The notes: a model not told the origin generated them from the letters alone. A stretch of 64,000 nucleotides of DNA from an uncultured Collinsella sp. (GCA_902479065.1 CABSNM010000004.1:41562-105561), one strand, 5' to 3'. Positions 48,091-58,198 are shown, counted from the first letter of the stretch. Program-made: numbers and translations.

Positions 48091-49308
48091 TCAACGGTCA
48101 TCGTCCTTCAGCAAGCGCCACAGCGTTGTACGGCTTATGCCCAGCACCTCCGCCGCACGGGTTCGGTTGCCGTGGAGATGGTCTACAACCAGATGCGCGA
48201 TATCTCGCTCGGTATCGGCCAGCGGTCGCAGGATATACAGGTCACTTTCAAGCGTCGGGGCGCCAAAGGTTGCGGTCTTAATCACGTCCTCTTGGGCGAA
48301 CACTTCCTCCGCCACAGCGCGGTCCACCGTGCCCGTCCCCACCAATATATACAGTCGTTCCGAGACCTCGCGGAGCTGCAGATAGTTGCGCGGCCAGCGG
48401 TAAGCATCGAGCGTCTTCGTCGCCGCGGCAGACAGCGTGGGCGCTGCCGTCCCAAATGCATCAGCGAGATATTCCAAATAGCGCGCGACCTTCGTCGACG
48501 CGGCTCCCTGCTCGGCGATTGCCGGCGCGACGCTCACCGCACAGGCGAAGCGCTCGGTCACAAAGGCGGCTTGATCACTTTCGCCGCCGCCCGGCATGTC
48601 ATTCGCCGTCAGCACCACATGGCAGCGCGTCGCCAACGCGGTGTCGGTCATCGTGGAGACCAGCTCGCGGAGGCGCTGGGGGCCAACCGCATTCCAGCCC
48701 TCAATGCAAAGGGTCAGCCCCGTTTGGAACAGCGGCGATTCGGAGCTTTTGAGCACATGGCGCCAACCGCGATCGGTGAGTTCATCGAGCGCGACGGAAA
48801 CAAAGGGCTGATCGACAAAAGGGCCATCCAGATAGAGGCGCTTGGCAATCTCGACCTGACCCGCTCCCAGCTCGCCCTCGAGCATAAGGGGCACGCCGCG
48901 CGCATAGCTCTCGGTAACCGGTACAGCCACCGAGGCCGCCCCCTCAACGATGCCGTACGCGCTCGATTCATAGCGGACCTCAACTTCGTCGGCGTTGAGC
49001 CACTCGATGCCCGCATGCGCCGCGGCACCGCGCACCTCGCGGACCACAACGACCCAAAGCCTCCCGCCCTCTTTGTCGGTGGGGCGAACGGTCAGGCTCA
49101 GGCGCGTACCCTCACGCCCCATAACCAGACGCGCGCCGTCTCCTATACGGTCGAGACGCTCAGCGACAAAAGCCGCCACATCCCGCTCAAGCGCCGCGTC
49201 ATTCATGGTCGAGATCGCGACGTCCCCACGCGCATCGATTGCCAATGCCGAGGCCCCGGCAGCAGCTAGGGCATCGGTCAAGATGTTCAGCTTAGCATTG
49301 CTATCCAT
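48091..49308 (-). CDS. PrpR/NtrC-like regulator with degenerate AAA+ domain and Fis-type HTH
   Basis: YRWPRNYLQLR, GNRTRAAEVLGISRTTLWR; Walker A is GELGAGQ and there is no GAFTGA. Confidence 0.75.
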   Translation of the reverse strand: MDSNAKLNILTDALAAAGASALAIDARGDVAISTMNDAALERDVAAFVAERLDRIGDGARLVMGREGTRLSLTVRPTDKEGGRLWVVVVREVRGAAAHAGIEWLNADEVEVRYESSAYGIVEGAASVAVPVTESYARGVPLMLEGELGAGQVEIAKRLYLDGPFVDQPFVSVALDELTDRGWRHVLKSSESPLFQTGLTLCIEGWNAVGPQRLRELVSTMTDTALATRCHVVLTANDMPGGGESDQAAFVTERFACAVSVAPAIAEQGAASTKVARYLEYLADAFGTAAPTLSAAATKTLDAYRWPRNYLQLREVSERLYILVGTGTVDRAVAEEVFAQEDVIKTATFGAPTLESDLYILRPLADTERDIAHLVVDHLHGNRTRAAEVLGISRTTLWRLLKDDDR

Positions 49309-49581
49309 GATTTGCCCCTGTCCGCGGCGACGTGCAACCGCCGACGGTCGCACGACCGAGTGTTTCAAAATTGAACGATATTGCTCACCAAACACTATAG
49401 GGCAGAAAGCGCCGTCCTGCGAGTATAGGTGTTGCCCCGCATCGCCATCCTGGCGGGGCGATAAGAGCTCTTCGGGACTTATAAACCTGCGGACAAGCCA
49501 TACCCGCAAGAGCTCCTATCGCTCCACCGCAAGCATGCGCTCACCAGCACGAAGCACGCAGCACGCAAACAAGCTACTTCT

Positions 49582-50616
49582 CTACCAGATTCCCAGTACG
49601 TGTTGCATTCCCAAACTCATGCACGCAATGCCAATCCAGCAGCAAAAGCCCAGCGCGATGGGCTTGCCGCCCTTTTTGACCAGCTCGACGATATCGGTAT
49701 TAAAGCCAATAGCCGCCATGGCCATCACAATAAAGAACTTCGACAGCTCCTTGATGGGCGCCGTAAAGGACGCGGGAAGCTGGAGCACCGTGGTGATCAC
49801 GCTCGCCAGCACAAAGAACAGCACAAACATGGGAAACGCACGTTTAAGCGAGAACGTGCTTTTGGCGTCACCGCCGGCCTTGCGTGCCAGATGCATCTGC
49901 CAGCATGCGAGGACCAACGTGATGGGAATAATGGCCAGCGTCCTGGTGAGCTTGACCACTGTGGCGCTCTCGAGCACATTGGCGCCGGGATGCATGCTGT
50001 CCCAGGCGCTCGCCGCAGCCGTTACCGACGAGGTGTCGTTGATGGCGGTGCCGGCAAACAGGCCAAAGCCCTCGTTGGTCAGCCCGAGCATGCCGCCGAG
50101 CGTCGGAAACACGAGCGCCGCGATAACGTTGAACAGGAAGATGACCGAAATTGCCTGGGCAATCTCGCGATCGTCGGCATCGATGACGGGCGCGGTCGCG
50201 GCGATGGCAGAGCCGCCGCAAATCGACGAACCCACACCCACAAGCGTCGCGATCTTGCCCGGTACGTTCATGACGCGGCAGAGCACAAAGGCGATGATAA
50301 GCGAGGTCGAGATTGTCGCCACGATAATCGGCAGCGACTGGGCGCCCTTGGACAGAATCTGGGAGAGGTTCATGCCAAAGCCAAGCAGGATAACCGCGTA
50401 CTGCAAGACTTTTTTGGACGTATAGGTAACGCCAGCGGCGAGCTGTTCGCGACGATTCTTGGGAAAGACGAGCGCCAGGACCATGCCAAAGAGGATGGCA
50501 AATACCGGCCCGCCGACCACCTCAATTTGTTTGCCGAGCAACGTCGCGGGGATAGCGATGATTAGGCAGAACAAGACGCCTTTCCAGCGCTCGCGTACGA
50601 TATTTGCCAGTTGCAT
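49582..50616 (-). CDS. YeiH-family (PSE, putative sulfate exporter) membrane protein
   Basis: GSSICGGSAIAA, GTAINDTSSV, VKLTRTL. Confidence 0.92.
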   Translation of the reverse strand: MQLANIVRERWKGVLFCLIIAIPATLLGKQIEVVGGPVFAILFGMVLALVFPKNRREQLAAGVTYTSKKVLQYAVILLGFGMNLSQILSKGAQSLPIIVATISTSLIIAFVLCRVMNVPGKIATLVGVGSSICGGSAIAATAPVIDADDREIAQAISVIFLFNVIAALVFPTLGGMLGLTNEGFGLFAGTAINDTSSVTAAASAWDSMHPGANVLESATVVKLTRTLAIIPITLVLACWQMHLARKAGGDAKSTFSLKRAFPMFVLFFVLASVITTVLQLPASFTAPIKELSKFFIVMAMAAIGFNTDIVELVKKGGKPIALGFCCWIGIACMSLGMQHVLGIW

Positions 50617-50779
50617 ATGGGATTCCTTCTTTCTATTTCACGTTTGCGACGGCTTATGATACGGCAACATTGAGCACAGCCTTGCGCAAACACAGACTAA
50701 GATGCCGCGATAGTTCTCAGGCAACAGCCGAATTACCCACCGCGGAGAGCTGATTCGCGGCATAATTAACAACTGACAT

Positions 50780-51511
50780 ATGAGTTTGATAGAACAGTTG
50801 CGAGGCGCTATGGAAGAATCGATGCACGTCGGCGAGCAGGAAACGAGCCTACAGGACCAGTCCTACCACACCATTCGACGCAAAATCGTCTACCTGGACT
50901 ACAAGCCGGGCGAAAAGCTGGGCGTCAAGCAGCTTTGCGATGACCTGGACATGGGTCGCACGCCCGTGCGCGAGGCTTTGGTTCGCTTGGCGCAGGAAGG
51001 CCTGGTGCGCACCGTGCCCCAGAGCGGCACCTACGTCTCGCCCATCAACCTCACCCTTGCCGAGAGTGCCTGTTACATCCGCGAGCATCTGGAAAAGCAG
51101 GTGATTGTGGAGTGCTGTGCGCGCGCCACGTCGGCCGGCATCGAGCAGCTCGACCGCGCCATCGTGCTGCAGGAAAAGGCCATGGCCGAGGAGGATCGCA
51201 TCGGCTTCTTTTTGAGCGACAACCTCATGCATCACATGATTTTTAGCATCGCATGTCGCAGCACCGTGTGGTCGTGGCTCGAAGAGACCAATGCCGACCT
51301 GGAGCGCTTCCGCTGGCTGCGCGCCGCCACGCAGGTTCTCGACAATCAGGACATCGTGAACGAGCACAAGCAGATTCGCCGCGCTATCGCCGGTCGCGAC
51401 CCCATCGAAGCGAGCTTTTTGGTCAGCAAGCACCTGCATATGATGTTCCGCAACCAGACCGAGGTTCTGGACCAGTTCCCCGAGTACTTCGAGACCAGCA
51501 AGCTCCGCTAA
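50780..51511 (+). CDS. GntR-family regulator with FCD domain (start may be 50810)
   Basis: PGEKL...MGRTPVREAL...PQSGTYVS; C-terminal EH..I..AI motif. Confidence 0.9.
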   Translation: MSLIEQLRGAMEESMHVGEQETSLQDQSYHTIRRKIVYLDYKPGEKLGVKQLCDDLDMGRTPVREALVRLAQEGLVRTVPQSGTYVSPINLTLAESACYIREHLEKQVIVECCARATSAGIEQLDRAIVLQEKAMAEEDRIGFFLSDNLMHHMIFSIACRSTVWSWLEETNADLERFRWLRAATQVLDNQDIVNEHKQIRRAIAGRDPIEASFLVSKHLHMMFRNQTEVLDQFPEYFETSKLR

Positions 51512-51517
51512 CCTGCC

Positions 51518-51557
51518 AAAACCACCACAAAGGGGACAGGCACCTTTGTGGTGGTTT
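51518..51557. repeat. REP-like hairpin (GGGACAG family, type b)
   Basis: Near-identical to 17134-17171. Confidence 0.85.
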
Positions 51558-51634
51558 CTCCGCACAAAAAGGCCCGGCTCCGTCTAATGAACTGCCTCCC
51601 ATTTCTTGGACATGAGAAATGGGAGGCTTTCTTT

Positions 51635-52126
51635 ATGCGCGTTGATTTGAGAGTGAAGCATGATGTCGAGGCCAGGAAGGCGGCCATAGGGCTCTTCGAG
51701 CTCGGGCACGGGTATAAATCTGCCGCGATTGCCCTTTCGCTTCCCGCGGAAGCCGTGAGAAGATGGCAGGAGATATACCGCGCATTCGGGAGCGAGGTGC
51801 TGCTGCGCATGGACGGAAAGCAGGGCAGGTACACATACGAGCAGAGGGTCGCCGCCGCCTCCGCCGTCGTCGACGGCGGCATGACGAAGGCCGAGGCGAT
51901 GGCGGCGTTCGGCATAATGTCGATGTCGCCGCTCAAGAGATGGTGCGCGCTCTACCGCCGGGGCGGCGCGGAGGCCCTGCGCCCGAGGCCCAAGGGCCGG
52001 CCGAGCGGTTCCAGGGCGAGGCCGCGGACCCGCGAGGAGGAGCTCGAGGAGCGGTGCCGTAGGCTCGAGGCCGAGGTGGCCTACCTAAAAAAATTACGCG
52101 CCCTGGTCGAGAGGGACGGGCTCTGA
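51635..52126 (+). CDS. IS3 transposase OrfA
   Basis: Tandem HTH regions and coiled end RLEAEVAYLKKL; GGAGG RBS. Confidence 0.9.
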   Translation: MRVDLRVKHDVEARKAAIGLFELGHGYKSAAIALSLPAEAVRRWQEIYRAFGSEVLLRMDGKQGRYTYEQRVAAASAVVDGGMTKAEAMAAFGIMSMSPLKRWCALYRRGGAEALRPRPKGRPSGSRARPRTREEELEERCRRLEAEVAYLKKLRALVERDGL

Positions 52127-52998
52127 CCAGGGCGAAGGCCGAAGCAGTCGCGGCCCTGCGCGCCGAGGGGCACGCGCTCGGGCACCTGCTCGCATGCGCC
52201 GAGCTCAAGAGGTCGACCTACTACTACGCCCTCGCGCACCCGCCGAGGCCCACGCGCCCCGAGCTCCGGGAGGCGGCCGCCGAGATCTTCTCGCGCACCG
52301 CCAACGGCTGCGGGCACCGGCAGATAGCGATGTGCCTCAGGGCCGAAGAGGGGGCCGTGATAGCCGACAAGACCGTGCTCAAGATGATGCGCGAGATGGG
52401 GATTCGCTGCGGTATCAGACGCGAGACGGCCTACCACAGGTACAACTCGTACAGGGGCGTCGTCGGCAGGACGTTCGAGAACGTGATCGCGAGGAATTTC
52501 GACGCCGGGGCCCCGTGGCGGAAGCTGGGGACGGACGTCACCGAGTTCAAGGTGGCGGGCGGCAAGGCCTACTGGGCCCCGACGCTGGACTTCTGCTCCA
52601 AGGAGATCGTGGCGAGCGACATATCGACCACGCCCGACATGGCCCAGCAGATGAGGATGCTCGATGAGCTGCTGCCCAAGATCCCCGAGGGCGCCGCGCC
52701 GACCATGCACTCGGACCGGGGCTGGCAGTACCAGCACGCCTCATACACATCCAGGCTAGAGGCCGCCGGCATCGTCCAGAGCATGTCCAGGAAGGCGAAC
52801 TGCATCGACAATGCCGCCACCGAGCAGCTCTTCGGCCACGTCAAGGACGAGTTCTACAGGGGCCGCGAGTGGGAGACGTTCGAGGATTTCAAACGCGACC
52901 TGGAGGAATACATAGTCTACTGGAACACGAGCCGGAGGCAGGTAAGATTGAAGGGCCTGACCCCGGAGGAGTTCCGGAATCAGGCCCTCGCGGCCTAG
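52090..52998 (+). CDS. IS3 transposase OrfB (DDE), reached by -1 frameshift
   Basis: A7 run at 52087-52093; -1 frame open from 52090 with RSTYYY, TDVTEF, HSDRGWQY, DNAATE. Confidence 0.9.
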   Translation, partial: KITRPGREGRALTRAKAEAVAALRAEGHALGHLLACAELKRSTYYYALAHPPRPTRPELREAAAEIFSRTANGCGHRQIAMCLRAEEGAVIADKTVLKMMREMGIRCGIRRETAYHRYNSYRGVVGRTFENVIARNFDAGAPWRKLGTDVTEFKVAGGKAYWAPTLDFCSKEIVASDISTTPDMAQQMRMLDELLPKIPEGAAPTMHSDRGWQYQHASYTSRLEAAGIVQSMSRKANCIDNAATEQLFGHVKDEFYRGREWETFEDFKRDLEEYIVYWNTSRRQVRLKGLTPEEFRNQALAA

Positions 52999-53078
52999 TC
53001 GCTATTTAGGGCGTCCAAGATTTGGGACGCAGTTCATAATGCGGAGCCGGGCCTTGGCTGTTAGAACGGCGGAACCAA

Positions 53079-54926
53079 CTACTCGACGGTGACGCTCTTG
53101 GCCAGGTTGCGGGGCTGGTCGACGTCGCAGCCCCGCAGGATGGCGACCTCGCGGGCGAGCAGCTGCAGCGGGACGCTCGCCGTGATGGGGCTGAACACGT
53201 CGCGGACGGCCGGCACGCGAATGATGCAGTCGGCAATCTTGTTGATCTCCTCGTCGCCCTCGGTGGCAACGACGATGACCTTGGCGCCGCGCGCCTTGCA
53301 CTCCATAAGGTTCGACACGGTCTTATCGTAGGTGGCACTCTTGGTGGCCACAGCGATGACAGGGAAGCCCGGGTCGATCAGGGCGATGGGGCCGTGCTTC
53401 ATCTCACCAGCGGCATAGGCCTCGGCGTGCAGGTAGCTGACCTCCTTGAGCTTGAGCGCACCCTCGTAGGAAATAGCGGCACCCATGCCGCGACCCACGA
53501 ACAGCGCCGACTGCGCGTCCTTGCACAGCAGGGCGGCCTCATGAACGGCCTCGGTCTGGGTATCCAAAATCCACTGGATCTGCTCGGCCGTATCGGAAAG
53601 CTCGCGGAACAGCATGCGCGCCTGCTTGGTGGTCAGACGGTACTTGACCTGCGCCAGCAGCAGAGCCAAAAGCGTGAGGCTCACGACCTGGCCGATGAAG
53701 CTCTTGGTCGAGGCGACCGCGATCTCCTTGTTGGCCTTGGTGTAGATGACGCCGTCGCTCTCACGCGCCACGGGGCTGCCCACCACGTTGGTGATGCCGA
53801 AGACCTTGGCACCCTTGATGCGCGCGTCGCGAATGGCGGCAAGGGTATCGGCCGTCTCGCCCGACTGGGACACGGCAACGACAAGCGTCGTCGGCGTAAT
53901 GATGGGATTGCGATAACGGAACTCGCTGGCCGCCTCCACCTCGGTGGGGATGCGAGCCCAGCCCTCAATGAGATTCTTGGCAATGAGGCCAGCGTGATAG
54001 CTGGTTCCGCAAGCGATCACGTAGACGCGATCGATGTCGTTGAGCTCCTCGAGCGAAAGGCCCAGCTCGTCGATGTCGAGCTCGCCGGCCGGCGTCATAC
54101 GACCGACCAGCGTGTCGCGCACGACGCGCGGCTGCTCGTGGATTTCCTTGAGCATAAAGTCGGGATAACCGCCCTTTTCTGCCATGTCCAGGTCCCAGTC
54201 GATGTGGGTGACCTTGGGCTCAATCACGTTGCCGGCCTCGTCGGTATACTCGACGCCTGCGGGCGTGAGCTTGGCAAACTGACCGTCCTCGAGCACCACG
54301 ACGTCGCGGGTTGCGTCGATGAGCGCGATGACATCGGAGGCGACATAGGCGCCGGTCTCGCCCGCGCCGACCACGATCGGGGAATCCTTGCGGGCCACGG
54401 CGATCACGCCGGGCTCGTCAGCGCACACGGCGGCCAGACCATAGGCACCGACCACGTGGGTGCACGCCTCGCGCACGGAGGCCATCAGGTCGTGCGTCTC
54501 GGCATAAGCCTCTTCGATCAGATGCGCGAAGACCTCGGTATCGGTCTCGCTCTTAAAGTGGTGGCCGTGACCCTCCAGCTCTTCGCGCAGCTCGGCGAAG
54601 TTCTCGATGATGCCGTTGTGGACGATGGCGATACGACCGTCGCAGCTGGTGTGGGGGTGAGCGTTAACGACGGAGGGCTTGCCGTGGGTGGCCCAACGGG
54701 TGTGACCGATACCGCAGGTAGCGTCGCTGTCGATGTTGGAAAGCTCGCTCTCCAGGCCCGCGACCTTGCCCACGCGGCGGATGACGTCGAGGTGCGCCGC
54801 GGCGCCCTCGCCCACCTCGAGCGCGACGCCCGAGGAGTCATAGCCGCGATACTCCATACGCTTGAGGCCCGTAACCAGGATGTTCTTTGCAATATCAGAG
54901 CCGGTGTAGCCGACAATTCCGCACAT
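53079..54926 (-). CDS. glmS: Glutamine--fructose-6-phosphate transaminase
   Basis: MCGIVG, GHTRWATHG, SQSGETADT, PRNLAKSVTVE. Confidence 0.98.
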   Translation of the reverse strand: MCGIVGYTGSDIAKNILVTGLKRMEYRGYDSSGVALEVGEGAAAHLDVIRRVGKVAGLESELSNIDSDATCGIGHTRWATHGKPSVVNAHPHTSCDGRIAIVHNGIIENFAELREELEGHGHHFKSETDTEVFAHLIEEAYAETHDLMASVREACTHVVGAYGLAAVCADEPGVIAVARKDSPIVVGAGETGAYVASDVIALIDATRDVVVLEDGQFAKLTPAGVEYTDEAGNVIEPKVTHIDWDLDMAEKGGYPDFMLKEIHEQPRVVRDTLVGRMTPAGELDIDELGLSLEELNDIDRVYVIACGTSYHAGLIAKNLIEGWARIPTEVEAASEFRYRNPIITPTTLVVAVSQSGETADTLAAIRDARIKGAKVFGITNVVGSPVARESDGVIYTKANKEIAVASTKSFIGQVVSLTLLALLLAQVKYRLTTKQARMLFRELSDTAEQIQWILDTQTEAVHEAALLCKDAQSALFVGRGMGAAISYEGALKLKEVSYLHAEAYAAGEMKHGPIALIDPGFPVIAVATKSATYDKTVSNLMECKARGAKVIVVATEGDEEINKIADCIIRVPAVRDVFSPITASVPLQLLAREVAILRGCDVDQPRNLAKSVTVE

Positions 54927-55086
54927 AGGATAAATCCCTTCGTTCGCGTGACTGCAAGACGTCCACGCACAAGGGGCGCTGAGACGTATAACGTTCGAGT
55001 ATTGTACTCACGCAAACGCAAGCTGATATACCAGAAGTGGTATCTCAACTTAGATACCACCCGATGCACACACGTCCAGCCGGTCC

Positions 55087-55188
55087 AAACCACCACAAAG
55101 GTGTCTGTCCCCTTCGTGGTGGTCGCGCTGGCAACGGCGTTTCCCCAGATAAAACCTGCCTAAATAAACCTGTCCCTTTTTGGTAGGT
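55087..55188. repeat. Tandem REP-like elements: type b hairpin (55087-55123) and inverted 49-bp type c unit (55140-55188)
   Basis: Match to 17134/51518 and to the reverse complement of 58341/60430. Confidence 0.82.
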
Positions 55189-55238
55189 TTGGGATGCTAC
55201 AATCTGGCTTGTACTTGAAACGCATCAAAGGGGCCGCT

Positions 55239-56348
55239 ATGGCAAAGGTAAAAATCAGCGACGTCGCGCGCGAGGCCGGGGTTTCGTTGGGCACGGTTTC
55301 CAACGCGCTCAACCACCCCGAAAAGCTACGCCCCGAGACCCTCAAGCTCATCAACGAGACCATCAATCGCCTTGGCTACCTGCCCAACCAAAGCGCCCGT
55401 CAGCTCGCGGGCGGCGCCACCAAGTCCTTTGGCCTGGTGCTCCCCCGTCTCGATCACGGCTTTTCGCTCCAAATCGCCAGCGGCGCCCACAACGAGGCCC
55501 GCAAGCACGGCTACGACTTGCTCATCGCCAACGCCGATAACGACGATATTCTCGAGGACCATTACCTGCGCTACTTTATGGGCACCCAGATGTCCGGCGT
55601 CATGGTTCAGCCCATGGCATCCCCCGACTGGCACCCCGCCATGACCAAGATGCCCGTGCCGATCGTCCATCTGGACATCCATTGCTCCGAGCCCGGCTAC
55701 TACGTAGCGGCCGACAACGAGGCCCAGGGTCGCATCATTGCCGAACTTGCTATCGCCCGCGGCGCGCACCATATTGTCGTCGTCGGCCGAGCAGCATTTA
55801 TGCAGCTCACCCTACGTGTGCTTGGCATTCACAAGGCCCTCGCTCTGCACCCCGATATCAAGATCGAAGTCATCGACGCCGGCGAATGGAATACCGCCGC
55901 CGACGGCTACGGCATCGGCACCCAAATCGCCGCGCGCCCCGCCGACGAACGCCCCGATTTTGTCGTCGGCCTGACCGACGTGCTGGCCTCGGGCGTCGTT
56001 TCGGCACTGGTCGACAAGGGCATCTCTGTCCCCGGGCAAGTACGCGTAGCAGGCTGCGATGGCAACCCGCTCGCTTGGAGCGGATCGGTCCCGCTCACTA
56101 CGGTAGCGCCCCCGGGCTACGAGATTGGCCGCAAGGGTGTCCAACTGCTGATGGAGCAAATCGAGAACAAGGCCCCGGCAAAGATCAAGCATATCCGTGT
56201 CGGCTCCGCAGCGCGTACCGTCACCGCAGTCGCCGCCGAGGATATCAACCGCCAAGAACTGGTACGTCCGTTCCTACTGGAACGCGCCAGCACCCAGGCA
56301 AGCAGCCAGACCGACGCCACGGCCATCAACCTCGGTGCGTATCTATAG
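55239..56348 (+). CDS. LacI-family regulator
   Basis: ISDVAREAGVSLGTVSNALN HTH, YLPNQSARQL hinge, periplasmic-binding-protein-like C-terminus. Confidence 0.92.
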   Translation: MAKVKISDVAREAGVSLGTVSNALNHPEKLRPETLKLINETINRLGYLPNQSARQLAGGATKSFGLVLPRLDHGFSLQIASGAHNEARKHGYDLLIANADNDDILEDHYLRYFMGTQMSGVMVQPMASPDWHPAMTKMPVPIVHLDIHCSEPGYYVAADNEAQGRIIAELAIARGAHHIVVVGRAAFMQLTLRVLGIHKALALHPDIKIEVIDAGEWNTAADGYGIGTQIAARPADERPDFVVGLTDVLASGVVSALVDKGISVPGQVRVAGCDGNPLAWSGSVPLTTVAPPGYEIGRKGVQLLMEQIENKAPAKIKHIRVGSAARTVTAVAAEDINRQELVRPFLLERASTQASSQTDATAINLGAYL

Positions 56349-56373
56349 CACGCCCGCGAGTATGCTAAGTCGC

Positions 56374-56423
56374 CGCTTAAGCAAAAGGGGCCCGACCATT
56401 GCCGGACCCCTTTTGCTTAAGCG
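56374..56423. terminator. Long hairpin between convergent genes (probable bidirectional terminator)
   Basis: CGCTTAAGCAAAAGGGG / CCCCTTTTGCTTAAGCG. Confidence 0.65.
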
Positions 56424-56461
56424 CAAACGTGAGCAATCGCTCGTTTCAACGCCGCAATTTT

Positions 56462-57112
56462 CTAGCGCACAGTCTTGATTGCCGCCGCCAGGTCGAACAG
56501 CGTATCGAGCACGGCCTCGCAGCCATCCACCACATCCTGCGGCAGCGGCACGATATCGGGGACGGCGAAGACATGGCATCCGGCCGTGATGCCCGAGACG
56601 CAGCCGTTGCGCGAATCCTCGACCACGGCACATTCCTCGGGAGCAAAGCCCGCGCGCTCGCAGGCGAGCAGATACATCTCGGGGTCGGGCTTGCCGTGCA
56701 CGACGTCCTCGCCACACGTTACCGTTTCAAACTTGCCAAAAAGACCGACCATCTTAAGGTTGCGCTCGGCCGTAACGAGGCGCGACGACGTCGCTAGACC
56801 CACGTGATAGCCCGCAGCCAGCAGCTCGTCTAGGCACTCGGCGGCACCGGCCTTAAGTTCCAGTTCGGTCTTGACCATCTCGTCGCGAATCTCCTTGTGG
56901 CGACGATAGATCGCCTCGGTGGTTTCATGGCTGCCGTAATGCTTATCGAGGATGTCCATGACATCGGGCAGCGTGCGGCCGATAAACTGATGGATCAGCG
57001 CTTCATCAATCGCGAGCCCCAGCTCAGCGGCGCCTGCCTTCCAGGCCTTAATCCCCAAACGCTCGGTATCGACCAGCGTTCCATCCATGTCAAAAATAAC
57101 AGCCTTGATCAT
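56462..57112 (-). CDS. HAD-IA family phosphatase
   Basis: FDMDGTLVDTE, ATSS, KPDPEMY, VEDS..G. Confidence 0.92.
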   Translation of the reverse strand: MIKAVIFDMDGTLVDTERLGIKAWKAGAAELGLAIDEALIHQFIGRTLPDVMDILDKHYGSHETTEAIYRRHKEIRDEMVKTELELKAGAAECLDELLAAGYHVGLATSSRLVTAERNLKMVGLFGKFETVTCGEDVVHGKPDPEMYLLACERAGFAPEECAVVEDSRNGCVSGITAGCHVFAVPDIVPLPQDVVDGCEAVLDTLFDLAAAIKTVR

Positions 57113-57285
57113 ATCGGTCCCCCATCGACTCTCGCTGTCGCGTTGCTGCAACTCTACCGCATTTGGCAACTTGTATATAACGTATATGCCATATTGCACT
57201 TTCGTTACACAGATAGAAGTCTTATGGCAAGTAACGCATTAGGATTATAGTTTTCGATCGAGTACTCAACGATAAGGAACGTTTC

Positions 57286-58164
57286 ATGATTTTAGACACC
57301 ACGGCACCCGCAGAGGAGCTTCAAGACAAGCTATCGGCGCTCGAACAGCTGCTTTTGGCATACGGGCGCGTGGCTATCGGGTTTTCCGGTGGCGTCGACA
57401 GCAGCTTTTTGGCCGCCGTATGCGCCCGCATCATGCCTACCAATACCCTCCTCGTCCATCTCACCACGCCGCTCATCGGCACGCCCGAGCAGGCTTCGTT
57501 TGAGCAGTCCGTTGATGGGCAGGCCAATGAGGGGCCGCATTTTAAGCTCCCCGTGCTCAATCTTTCGGTGGATCAGCTGCAGCTCCCCCAAGTAGCCTGC
57601 AACGATACTAATCGCTGCTACCACTGCAAGCACGCCGGCTTTACCGCCATCGTCAACCACGCCAAGTCGCTCGGCTTTCCCACCGTCATCGATGGCAGCA
57701 ATGCAAGCGATCGCGGTGACTACCGCCCCGGCATGCGTGCGGCAGAAGAGCTCGGCGTACGCTCACCCCTTATGGAGGTCGGCTTTACCAAGGACGAAGA
57801 GCGCGAGCTGCTGCGCGCATGGGGCTATCCCGTTTGGAACCTGCCGGCGGGAGCATGTCTTGCCACCCGCGTCCCCACGGGCGAGGAGCTTACACGCGAG
57901 AAGGTCGATTTAATCCGCGCCTGCGAGGATTACCTGCACGATCTTGATCTGGCACAGGTACGCGCGCGCTTGGTCGGCGGCTGCATGCATATCGAGGCCG
58001 CACCCGCAGATGTCGCCAAGATTGCTGCCCTCGGTGGCAACGCCGTCGACGACAAGGGCAAGACCCCGCTGCCCGCCGCCATCGAGTCCGCGCTGCGCGA
58101 GCTGGGCTGCGACCATATCTCCCCCGAGGTCACCCCCTACATTCACGGCAACATGAACCTTTAG
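57286..58164 (+). CDS. larE: LarE-family ATP-dependent sulfur transferase
   Basis: PP-loop SGGVDS, RCYHCK, DYRPGMRA, ACLATRVP. Confidence 0.82.
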   Translation: MILDTTAPAEELQDKLSALEQLLLAYGRVAIGFSGGVDSSFLAAVCARIMPTNTLLVHLTTPLIGTPEQASFEQSVDGQANEGPHFKLPVLNLSVDQLQLPQVACNDTNRCYHCKHAGFTAIVNHAKSLGFPTVIDGSNASDRGDYRPGMRAAEELGVRSPLMEVGFTKDEERELLRAWGYPVWNLPAGACLATRVPTGEELTREKVDLIRACEDYLHDLDLAQVRARLVGGCMHIEAAPADVAKIAALGGNAVDDKGKTPLPAAIESALRELGCDHISPEVTPYIHGNMNL

Positions 58165-58198
58165 GTTACGCCGTTTTACAAACGGCGTAACTGCTCGG

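Larger units (their letters stand above)
51588..53036 (+). mobile_element. Complete IS3-family insertion sequence (IS150-like), 1449 bp
   Basis: TG...CA ends, 24-bp terminal IRs (21/24 match), TAA target duplication at 51585-51587 and 53037-53039, orfA/orfB. Confidence 0.95.

Noticed and set aside
54927..55010. glmS ribozyme (AGCGCC on the minus strand)
   Set aside because: Only about 55 nt to the ATG, and the downstream conserved core (GACGAGG etc.) is absent
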